A DNA stretch of 60,599 nt, filler included. It is 9 parts of 9 records of this genome, joined end to end, with 100 filler letters (N's around TTAATTAATTAA, not from the genome) between each part and the next. Parts side by side here need not be neighbours in the genome. Positions count along the whole stretch, not along the records: positions 47,802 to 54,917 come from SRR31156797_32594; positions 55,018 to 60,599 come from SRR31156797_32618; 7 more parts are not named here. One strand, given 5' to 3'. Under the pieces are notes generated by a model, which saw only the letters and a list, made by a program, of their open reading frames with translations, did not search any database and was not told where the DNA came from. How positions within the stretch are numbered: the first letter of the stretch is position 1; each line of letters starts with the position of its first letter. Position numbers and translations under genes: made by a program. Shown piece by piece: positions 49,879-59,000 of the stretch.

Positions 49879-50913
49879 TCAGTCGGCGAAGGAGACGATG
49901 TTCTTGATATCGTCATTCCGTTTCCCGTCCGCCATCTCGCTGATTATATCATGGGCATCCGCCAGTTCCACAGTGTTGCTGATAATGCATTCGGGGAAGC
50001 GGATCCTTTTGTATTTGTATTGCTCGATGGCCATCGTATAGTCATCTCTGTTGTACATAGCCGTTCCTATCAGGGCCCGTTCGTACTGCTGAATCTGGAA
50101 GCTGTCGATGGGCACGTCCTGACCGTATACGGCGATAAGGATGATCTTTCCTTGGGGTTTCGTCATCTTGAGGGCCTGTTCCATCGTCTTGGGGGTGGGG
50201 ACGGCCAGGAACACGACGTCCAGGCCCATGGGCTCTACTTCCAGTACGGCTTCCACCGGATCCCTCTCAGCAGAATTGACGGCATAGGTCGCGCCCAGGG
50301 ACCTGGCCGTTTCCAGTTTGCTGTCGCTCAGATCGAAGATGAAACTGCTTTTCCTGCCGGAGGCCTCGGCGGCGATCAGAGTCATCAGCCCGATGGTTCC
50401 GGCGCCGATGATTCCGATGGTGTCGTTCATGCAGATCTCTCCCTTGCGGACCGCGTGGAGACCCACGCAGTAGGGTTCCAGCAGCACGCCGTGGGAGAAG
50501 GGCATCTCCTCGGGGATCACATAGCACATGGCTTCTTTTACCAGGACCTTTTCTCCGAAGGAGCCGGTCCAGTCGCCGACGCCCAGTACGCCTTTGCTGA
50601 TACACTCCTGGTATTCGCCATGAAGGCAGAAGTGGCAGGTCCCGCAGCCGACATGGGGTTCGATGGCCACACGGTCGCCGACCTTGATTTCGCTGACGTC
50701 GCTGCCGACGGCGGTAACGACTCCCGCGCACTCATGGCCGGTGATGACCGGCGGAACTCTGTAAGGGTGGGTGCCCTTGTAAGCCATGATATCACTGGCG
50801 CAGATGCCGGCCGCTTTCAGTTCAACGATTACATCCTTGCCGCTACAGATCGCAGGCTCATCGATATCAACAATTTCTGCTCTGTAGGGCTCTGGAAACT
50901 TCAATGCCTTCAT
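49879..50913 (-). CDS. Zinc-dependent medium-chain dehydrogenase (polyol/sugar-acid type)
   Basis: GICASD, GHE, CGTCHFC...C structural Zn site, GAGTIG. Confidence 0.92.
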   Translation of the reverse strand: MKALKFPEPYRAEIVDIDEPAICSGKDVIVELKAAGICASDIMAYKGTHPYRVPPVITGHECAGVVTAVGSDVSEIKVGDRVAIEPHVGCGTCHFCLHGEYQECISKGVLGVGDWTGSFGEKVLVKEAMCYVIPEEMPFSHGVLLEPYCVGLHAVRKGEICMNDTIGIIGAGTIGLMTLIAAEASGRKSSFIFDLSDSKLETARSLGATYAVNSAERDPVEAVLEVEPMGLDVVFLAVPTPKTMEQALKMTKPQGKIILIAVYGQDVPIDSFQIQQYERALIGTAMYNRDDYTMAIEQYKYKRIRFPECIISNTVELADAHDIISEMADGKRNDDIKNIVSFAD

Positions 50914-50991
50914 ATCTACTTTTTTACTCCCATTATTCTATATATTCTCAGGATCTTTTTTTACATTTGGAAAGTGAGGGGATCTGGCTGT

Positions 50992-51026
50992 CCCGGGCCG
51001 ATCTCAGCTTCTGTGATCGGCCCGGG
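50992..51026 (-). other. Intercistronic stem-loop after dctP
   Basis: CCCGGGCCGATC...GATCGGCCCCGGG inverted repeat. Confidence 0.55.
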
Positions 51027-51039
51027 GTGTGCCGGTTCC

Positions 51040-52041
51040 TTATTTGGCGGAATCGATCAGGTCGTATACCTTCTTCAGGTCGGTTCTCCGGGAGAGGACT
51101 TCGCTGCGGATGATACCGGCCCATTTGGCTTTCTCGGCGGGGTCCATTCTGGAAAGGGTGACGCCGGGCTTGGACTTCATATCGTCGACCATCTTCTGCT
51201 CTCCGGCGTCGATGGTGGCGTTGTATTCGATGGAGGCCACTTCGATGGCCTTCCTCATAGCGGCCTGCACATCGGCGGGGTAGGAGTCGAAGGTGTCGCC
51301 CCAGAAGATGAAGTTGAAGGCGCCGTACACGTGCTCGCTGAATAGGACGTAGGGAGCCACTTCGTAGATGCTGTTGGTGTAGATCACGTCCACTGGATTT
51401 TCCTGGGCATCGATAACCTTCTGCTGGATAGCGCCGAATACCTCGGGGAAGGCCATGGCCTGGGGGCTGGCTCCCAGGGCCTTGAAGCAGTCGCTCATGG
51501 TCTTGGAACCGGGGACGCGGATCTTGAGGCCCTTCATGTCGGCCAGTTCGTTTACAGGCTTGTTGGAGTTGATGTTTCTGGGGCCTCTTTTCATGAAGCC
51601 GAAGAATTTGTATCCCGTTTCCTCTTCCAGTATGGATTTGATCTGATCACCTGCTTCGCTGGTCCAGACCTTTTCAAAATGGGCCTTGCTGTCGTACAGG
51701 AAGGGGGTGAATCCGATGGAACAGTAGGGAGAGTAGGTTTCCAGGGTTCCGATGTCCTCAATCAGGATGTCCATGGTCTTCAGCTGCATGCCTTCCAGCA
51801 TTTCGGACCAGTTTCCCAGCTGGCTGGCGGGATAGATCTGAACCTCTACGTTGCCATTTGTCTCTTCTTCCACTATCTTCTTGAATGTTTCGCTGGCGAT
51901 GTGGCGGGCGTCGGTTGTGGGCGCTCCATGGCCTATCTTGATAACCAGCTTTTCGCTGCCCCTGTCCTGGGAACCTTCTGCAAATACGCTGAGGCTGGAG
52001 AGGCAGAGCAGTGCTGCCGTGAGTGCGATCAGTTTTTTCAT
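51040..52041 (-). CDS. dctP: TRAP transporter substrate-binding protein
   Basis: Signal peptide with spirochaete-style FAEGSQD; YPASQLG, GLKIRVP (conserved Arg), DAQENP. Confidence 0.95.
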   Translation of the reverse strand: MKKLIALTAALLCLSSLSVFAEGSQDRGSEKLVIKIGHGAPTTDARHIASETFKKIVEEETNGNVEVQIYPASQLGNWSEMLEGMQLKTMDILIEDIGTLETYSPYCSIGFTPFLYDSKAHFEKVWTSEAGDQIKSILEEETGYKFFGFMKRGPRNINSNKPVNELADMKGLKIRVPGSKTMSDCFKALGASPQAMAFPEVFGAIQQKVIDAQENPVDVIYTNSIYEVAPYVLFSEHVYGAFNFIFWGDTFDSYPADVQAAMRKAIEVASIEYNATIDAGEQKMVDDMKSKPGVTLSRMDPAEKAKWAGIIRSEVLSRRTDLKKVYDLIDSAK

Positions 52042-52101
52042 AAATTGACTCCTTCTAAGGTCTTTGGAAATTCAGTATCTGAGAAATCCTTTTGCATTTC
52101 C

Positions 52102-52150
52102 AAAATATTTTTTGTAAGTCCAGGATAAGCTCACAATATTTTATTGTCAA
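52102..52150 (-). promoter_or_regulatory. Sigma70 promoter of the TRAP operon with AATATTTT boxes
   Basis: TTGACA(52150-52145)-17-TATCCT(52127-52122); boxes at 52130-52142 and 52102-52111. Confidence 0.72.
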
Positions 52151-52616
52151 GAAAAATATCCTTAAAATGTGAAAATATGGGGTTTGCGGCTACGTTATGT
52201 TAATTAAAAAATATTTTGATTACCTATTAATATTTTGTGAGTCCAGTCAATCAGGCCTCAGGTAAAGAATGAGCATGTGATTTTGAATGAAGGGGAGTTT
52301 TTATACTAATCTATGTATAGAAAGGAGATAAGGTTTCTAAGTACATGTGCGCTTACTTACCGGGACGGGTTGTTGCGGGTCTGGATCTGGTAAATTCTGA
52401 ATACAATATAACTTTTGGCCGAACCGCATGCTCTCAGGGGTCTCCGGATCATAAGAATACAATACTCCTTCAAGAGGGATTCAGTGAGATAAATGCACTC
52501 ACTCGGCCTGACTTAATCGAGGAATAAACGGTTCGAAGAATAAATCACTGGAAAGATGAATTCGAAATATCTGATAATTACCATATGCATTTCAATCCAA
52601 TCAAAGGAGACAGCTT

Positions 52617-53282
52617 ATGAAAGCAGTCATCGAAGGAAACCCATCCTTCAGCCATGTCCATGTGGACCTGGAACCGGGCGAAACGGTCACCGCGGAAAGC
52701 GGAGCCATGCAGTCCATGTCCGCCGAGCTGGACATGAAGGCCAGAACCAACGGCGGTTTTTTTTCCGCTCTCGCCAAGAAATGGTGGGGCGGCGAGTCAT
52801 TAATAGTCAATGAGTTCAGCAACAACGGCAGCGCTCCCATGAGGGTTACCATCTCTCAGGCCATTCCCGGTGAGATCAGGGAGCTGAAGATGTCCGGAGC
52901 TCAGGAGCTCTGCCTTCAGAGAGGAGCCTGGCTTGCCTCAGCGGGGGATGTGAGATTCAAGACGGCCTGGGCGGGATTTATCTCATGGTTTTCCGGCGAA
53001 GGGCTTATCAAGCTCAAGGCCGGAGGAGAGGGTTCCCTCTGGTTCGGCGCCTACGGCGGAATCGTCGAACGGGACGTCGAGGGAGAGCTGAAAGTGGATG
53101 ACGGCCATCTCGTGGCCTACGATCCTTCTCTGAAACTGAAGGTCGGTCTGGCGGGCGGGCTCCTGGGCAGCTTTTTCGGCGGCGAGGGCTTTGTGACGCG
53201 TGTAGTCGGAACGGGCAAGGTCTATATCCAGACCCGCAGCATAAAGGGACTCGCTTCCTGGCTGAATCCCCAGTTCCGCTGA
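52617..53282 (+). CDS. AIM24/TIGR00266 family protein 1
   Basis: LEPGETVTAESGAM, GGESL, VDDGHLVAY, GGEG, GTGKVYIQTR. Confidence 0.92.
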   Translation: MKAVIEGNPSFSHVHVDLEPGETVTAESGAMQSMSAELDMKARTNGGFFSALAKKWWGGESLIVNEFSNNGSAPMRVTISQAIPGEIRELKMSGAQELCLQRGAWLASAGDVRFKTAWAGFISWFSGEGLIKLKAGGEGSLWFGAYGGIVERDVEGELKVDDGHLVAYDPSLKLKVGLAGGLLGSFFGGEGFVTRVVGTGKVYIQTRSIKGLASWLNPQFR

Positions 53283-53306
53283 TACCTGATCCACAAGGAG
53301 TGAACC

Positions 53307-54002
53307 ATGAATGTTGAGATTATGAAACGGCCCTCCAACTCAGCGGCGAAAGTCAGCCTTGAGCCGGGAGAGAGCCTTGTAGCCGAAGGCGGCGCTATGA
53401 TCGCCATGTCCGGCGATATGAATCTGGAAACCCGCATCAGTAAAAACGAGGGCGGTGTAAAAGGGCTGCTTAAAGGGCTTGCGCGCAAGCTGGGGGGCGA
53501 AGGGATTTTTATGAACCACTTCACCCCGGGCCCGGGCGGCGGTGACGTATTCCTCTCTCCCACCCTACCGGGGGATATGGAAGTCATAGAGCTGGACGGC
53601 AGCCGGAACCTGAAGATACAGAACAGTTCCTTCATCGCCCATGGGGACGGAGTGGATATGAATATAAGCTGGGGCGGGTTGAAGAACGCCTTCTCCGGAG
53701 AGAGCATGATCTGGCTGGAGATGTCGGGAAAGGGCAAGGTGGTCATCAACGCTTTTGGAATGATATATCCCGTTGAGGTAGACGGCGAGTATATTGTGGA
53801 TACGGGCAATATCGCCGCCTTTGACGAGAGCCTGAATTTCAGTATCAGCAAGGCCGGAAAGAGCTGGGTCTCTTCCATGCTGGGAGGAGAGGGCCTTGTC
53901 TGCCGTTTCCAAGGCAGGGGTACGGTCTGGTGCCAGACCCATGCGGACCGGAGCTTCGGAACGGCCCTGACCCCCCATCTGATTCCGAAGAAGGAGAAAT
54001 GA
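53307..54002 (+). CDS. AIM24/TIGR00266 family protein 2
   Basis: AEGGAMIAM, GGEGIFMN, VDTGNIAAF, GGEGLVCRF. Confidence 0.92.
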   Translation: MNVEIMKRPSNSAAKVSLEPGESLVAEGGAMIAMSGDMNLETRISKNEGGVKGLLKGLARKLGGEGIFMNHFTPGPGGGDVFLSPTLPGDMEVIELDGSRNLKIQNSSFIAHGDGVDMNISWGGLKNAFSGESMIWLEMSGKGKVVINAFGMIYPVEVDGEYIVDTGNIAAFDESLNFSISKAGKSWVSSMLGGEGLVCRFQGRGTVWCQTHADRSFGTALTPHLIPKKEK

Positions 54003-54003
54003 A

Positions 54004-54696
54004 ATGAGTGTTGAAACCGAAAGAACAGACTACCCCCACACACTGGATGCTCAGCCCGATTTCGGAATGCTGAATGTTACCATTCCCCGGGGGAAGACCC
54101 TGAAGGTGGAGGCCTCCGCTATGGCCTGGATGGACCCCTCCCTGAATATGAAAGCCCGGATGAAAGGTGGGTTCAAAAGGCTGCTGGCGGGGGAGAACCT
54201 CTTCATCAGCGAGTATACCGCCGCCGAAAAAGACGGGGAGATGGGCATCTGTCCCGGGTCTCCCGGCGAGATCGGTCATGTCTATCTGGAAGACAATACG
54301 GTCTTTTTGCAGAACTCCGCCTATCTGGCCGGATCTCCCGATGTGGAGGTCTCGGTCAAGGTCCCCGGCTTTGAATCCTTCTTCAATGGCGAGAAGCTCT
54401 TCATGGTCAAGTGCAGCGGCAAAGGAGACCTGTGGTTCAACACCTTCGGCGGCCTTATCGAGATCGATGTGGAACAGGGCTATGTGGTTGATACGGGCTA
54501 TATCGTCGGATTCACCGAGGGTCTGAGCTATGACGTACGTCCCGTGGCGGGGATGAAGAGCACCCTCTTCTCGGGAGAGGGCCTGGTCTGCCGTTTCTCC
54601 GGAAGCGGAAAGATCTGGATTCAGACGCGCCAGTGCAATACCTTCGTGGGATGGGCCGATCCCTTCAGAAGGGTGGAAAAGAAGGGTAAGGACTGA
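54004..54696 (+). CDS. AIM24/TIGR00266 family protein 3
   Basis: VEASAMAWM, AGENLF, VDTGYIVGF, SGEGLVCRFSGSGKIWIQTR. Confidence 0.92.
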   Translation: MSVETERTDYPHTLDAQPDFGMLNVTIPRGKTLKVEASAMAWMDPSLNMKARMKGGFKRLLAGENLFISEYTAAEKDGEMGICPGSPGEIGHVYLEDNTVFLQNSAYLAGSPDVEVSVKVPGFESFFNGEKLFMVKCSGKGDLWFNTFGGLIEIDVEQGYVVDTGYIVGFTEGLSYDVRPVAGMKSTLFSGEGLVCRFSGSGKIWIQTRQCNTFVGWADPFRRVEKKGKD

Positions 54697-54774
54697 TATT
54701 TTTTTTCTTCCTCCGATGGAGCAGCAGGGCCCCTGTGGGCTATAATCCTGGTGTTATCCAAAGGAGGAATACCC

Positions 54775-54917
54775 GTGAGAAAACAGGTTATCATAGATTG
54801 CGATCCCGGTATCGACGACGCCCTGGCGCTGATGCTGGCCTTCGCCTCGGAAGAGCTGGACGTGAAGGCCGTCACGACGGTGGCCGGGAATGTTTCCGCG
54901 GCCCATACGGCCCGGAA
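54775..54917 (+). CDS. Inosine/uridine-preferring nucleoside hydrolase, 3'-truncated
   Basis: AGGAGG RBS, GTG start; [13 protein letters not shown] and TTVAGN. Confidence 0.92.
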
Positions 54918-55017
54918 NNNNNNNNNNNNNNNNNNNNNNNNNNNNNNNNNNNNNNNNNNNNTTAATTAATTAANNNNNNNNNNNNNNNNNNNNNNNNNNN
55001 NNNNNNNNNNNNNNNNN
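54918..55017. other. Synthetic contig spacer
   Basis: 44N + TTAATTAATTAA + 44N. Confidence 0.99.
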
Positions 55018-55332
55018 TGCCGCGAGAGCGGCTTCGTTCAACAAGGCCCTTCACTGGACTCGCTTAAATCAGCGTATGCCATGAAGCACAGAGGTAACTA
55101 CTTTACGAAACTTCATGAAAGATGAAGGAGATGTCTTCGAACTCGGATTGAAGCAATTGGGTTCAAATCACCTCCTGCTACTGCAGTAAAGAGCTATTGT
55201 AGTCAGCGAATAGGGAAACATTGACGTTTCATTTCAGCCCTGAGATCCTTCACTTTATTCACCCCCATAAGCAAAACAAGGGAAGGTGAGAACCAAGAAG
55301 AGAAAAGGGAAGTATGAGAGTTTGTGGCGATT

Positions 55333-55707
55333 CTAATTAGAATTACATCTTACGACTTGATCTACAGTTTTTTTCAACACATCAATTTTTATTGGTTTTT
55401 CGCAAAATGGGATTTCGTTTGTTGAGCAAAAAAGGAAAAAATCCTCGGTTATATTTCCAGTACAAAAAATGAACTTCTCACACGTTTGTAATTTATTACT
55501 TTTAACCTCCTTAAAGAGGTCAATACCATTAAGCAAGGGCATCTCAACATCGCAAATAATTACATCAAAATGATGTTTTCTTAAAAGTTCAAGAGCCTCC
55601 CTCCCATTACAGGCAGTAGAGATGACAGCTTCATTCGAAAATACAGCTCTCATATAGTTACGAATAAATGCTTCATCATCCACGATCAGGTACTGTGACT
55701 TACACAT
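55333..55707 (-). CDS. Single-domain response regulator (CheY-like)
   Basis: LIVDDE, ICDVEMP phospho-Asp, CTG, EKP. Confidence 0.9.
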   Translation of the reverse strand: MCKSQYLIVDDEAFIRNYMRAVFSNEAVISTACNGREALELLRKHHFDVIICDVEMPLLNGIDLFKEVKSNKLQTCEKFIFCTGNITEDFFLFCSTNEIPFCEKPIKIDVLKKTVDQVVRCNSN

Positions 55708-56014
55708 GATATATAATCTCACGTTATTTGGACAGGAAGATTGCTATGAGCCATTTTGGGAACATTTCATTTCATTTTCTGCCCTATTCATTTCACCTGA
55801 ATGTTATGTGAAACAGGCTGTAAAATACTATAAAAGAGTTGTGAGTAGTTCGATATATAGATATGTGCCAATTTGTGTCGTTTTCATGCCAATGTTTCCA
55901 TAGTCACCCAATATCGAAAGGTTACATCACAGTTGTTTTGTTGAGTATGGCGTATTTATGTATTAAGGTCGACAGATTTTGCGCCTATTAACCTGAAGAA
56001 AAGGAAGCTTTGTT

Positions 56015-59000
56015 TTGATTTCGCGACTTATCATCTTTTTTATTTTTTTTAGTGTATCTCACGTCTCTGCTGCATTACCACCGCTTGCCTTCCACTCTGT
56101 TTCTTCTTTAAATGGCTTACCACAAAACTCAGGAAGAGCATTATTACAAGATGCAAATGGATTTATTTGGATCGGCACGGAAGACGGACTCGTACGTTTT
56201 GACGGAGAGTCGATGCTATCATTTCGAAAAAATCATGATAATCAATTTAGTCTTTCTGATAACTATATAGGTTCGTTAGCTGAAGATGCTCTAGGGAAGG
56301 TTTGGGTAGGAACAATGGGTGGTGGCTTAAATGTAATCGACAAGCAGAGAGAAAAAGTGATCAGAATAAAAATGCTCGCTTCATCTGATATACGTGACCT
56401 TGATTACTGCAACCTTACAAAAAGACTTTTTGCTGCTACCGGTGAAGGGCTTTATGTTATCAATACCGACGCAGTACAGCTCAAACACCCACTCGACACA
56501 TTAGCCTCCCCAATAGACCTGCCAATTGAGCAAGTTCCAATTCTCTTACCCAATGGGTTGCCATTTACAGGTACAGTATCCGGGGTAGCTGCTGATGGAG
56601 ACGATCTCTGGATTTGCACCCGCAATTCTGGGGTGTTGCGATTTAATTACAAGCAGGGTCAAACCTTTTGGTTTTCCAAAGGTGATCAAGGCCTTGAAGA
56701 TGATACCTTTAATACCATAATTCGTGATCGAGATGGCGAGATATGGCTCGGCAGCCAAAATAGAGGACTTGTAAAAGTTGTACAGAATGGATCAAAAATT
56801 CATTTCACGCATTACCATACAAGTAATAGTACAATTTTGGCCAACGATGTTATGGCTGTTACCGATGCGGATGATGGTAAACTTTGGGTAGGAACATGGA
56901 ATGGCGGACTTGCATTATTTGAAAAAAATTCTGGTGCAATTAATTTTTACACGTATCAACAAGACGATCAGTTTTCTCTTCCAAGTAATATTATCCTGGA
57001 TATTGTCCAGACGAAGAATGGGCAAATATGGCTGGGAACATTTGACAAAGGTGTCAGCTGGTTCAATCCAGACTCCCCTTTCCATACTTATCGGAAAAAT
57101 CCGCTGGCAGCAAACGGGTTGCAGAGTAACATTATTTGGTCATTTGCTGCCCAAAGAAATGAAGCCCTATGGGTTGGTACCAACAAGGGTTTATCCAAAC
57201 TTGATACTACTTCTAACCAGTATATACCACTTGATGATTTAACTCCCAATGACCTTTGGGGAAAAATACGAAAGGATGACATAAGGGCGTTACATATAAA
57301 TGAAAAATTTTTATGGATTGCCGCGAGAAAGCAGGGTGTTTGTAGACTATCATTAAATGCCAAAAACCTAACACCACTAACCAAGATCGCGGGACCAACC
57401 CAAAAGTTGACCCATCCGTATATTCGTTTGATTTACCAGGGTAGTAAAACGGCTCTCTGGTTAGGGGCGAGTAAGGGGCTCAATCGGCTTGATTTGGCAA
57501 CAGGTGAAATTCGTAATTATATCGCTGATAAGGAGGACAGGCTTGCACTCCCCCATTATAGGGTACGAGCTCTGTTTGAAGACAGTAGTGGTCAGATGTG
57601 GGTTGGAACAAGTTATGGTCTTTTACTTTTAGACCCTGATGGAAATCCATTCAGCGTTTTCAAGCCTGATGAAAAAGGAGAGAATGGACTTCATTTGGCA
57701 GGAAATGGGATCCGTGGGATTAGTGAGGATGATCTCGGCAGGCTGTGGTTTGCAACTGAGGGAGGTGTATCCATTTATGATCCGATTAATAAAGAAACGG
57801 TCATTCTACGTGAGAAAAATGGACTTCCAAGTAATGCCACTTATTGTGCCCTCTGGGATGATGGGTACATGTGGGTGGCTACCCTGAATGGTCTCGCTAG
57901 AATTGATGCTGATACGCTTCAAATTGAGACGTATACAACTGATGACGGCTTACCAGACAATGAATTTAATTTTAATGCATGGCATAAATTTCCCGACAAA
58001 CGACTTGCCCTAGGAACACTCTCCGGCTTCACTATATTTCGACCTGATATGATCCCTGGACCAGAGAACCCTGAATCATCCCCCCCTCTTTATTTGAAAC
58101 CATATAAATATGAAAATGAAGCACGATTACCGATTGAATTAAAAGAGCAAGAGGTAATTAATCTCGATTGGGAGAGCAGTAAAATTTCCTTCGCATTTGG
58201 TGCCCTCAATTATCAAAAGCCAAACTCAGTTATATATGAATTTAAATTGGCTGGGGTCAGCGACATGTGGACCAAAGCCGATAATCCCCGCTTCATAACA
58301 TTCAATGGGCTCTCAGCTGGTAACTATAACTTTACAATTAGAGCTAAAGATAAGCATGGGCTATGGGCTATTGAGTCAAAGCCTGTCAAGTTTACCGTAT
58401 CTCAGGTGCCCTGGAAAACTGCTCCCGCATATTTCGGGTACCTCCTTGTGCTGTGTTCAGTCTTAATGATTTGTTTTTTGCTGTATAACAGGGGGGTACG
58501 CAAGCATTCGCATTATCTCGAACAACTTATAGCAACGCGCACAAGGGAGTTGCAAACTTCCAATAATTGCTTAAGAAAACAGCATTTAAAACTAGATCAA
58601 CTTTTAATTTCACGAGAAAGGTTATTTAGAGCTGTTGCTCATGAGCTTAGGACCCCACTGGCAGTGATAGTTTCTTCCCTGGAATCGCTAATTGAAGAAG
58701 AGGGAAATTCCAAACATATTCTGCGGCTAATTCATAATCGCGCAAGCAAGATAGGTAACCTGATCAATAACCTTCTCGCATTAACAAACAAAAAAGGAGA
58801 TTTAAAATCTGTCGCGCGCCCATTTCTTGTCAAACCTGCACTTGAAGAGGCTACATTCTCCTTTAAGCCCCAAAATACACCGCAAGCAAGGGTGCTGCAG
58901 GAAATTATAGACATAAATAGAGAGTGTCTCTCCATGAACCGAGAGACATTCATCATGATAGTTTCCAACCTTCTTTCAAATGCATATAAATTTACTGATG

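Noticed and set aside
55018-55080. Integron attC-like sequence (CAACAAGGCCCTTCACTGGAC)
   Set aside because: Resembles an attC left arm, but no matching GTTRRRY end with complementary arms, cassette array or integrase is visible
55860-55895. Sigma54 promoter for the response regulator (TTGGCAC/TTGGCAT on the minus strand)
   Set aside because: No TTGC -12 element at the required spacing
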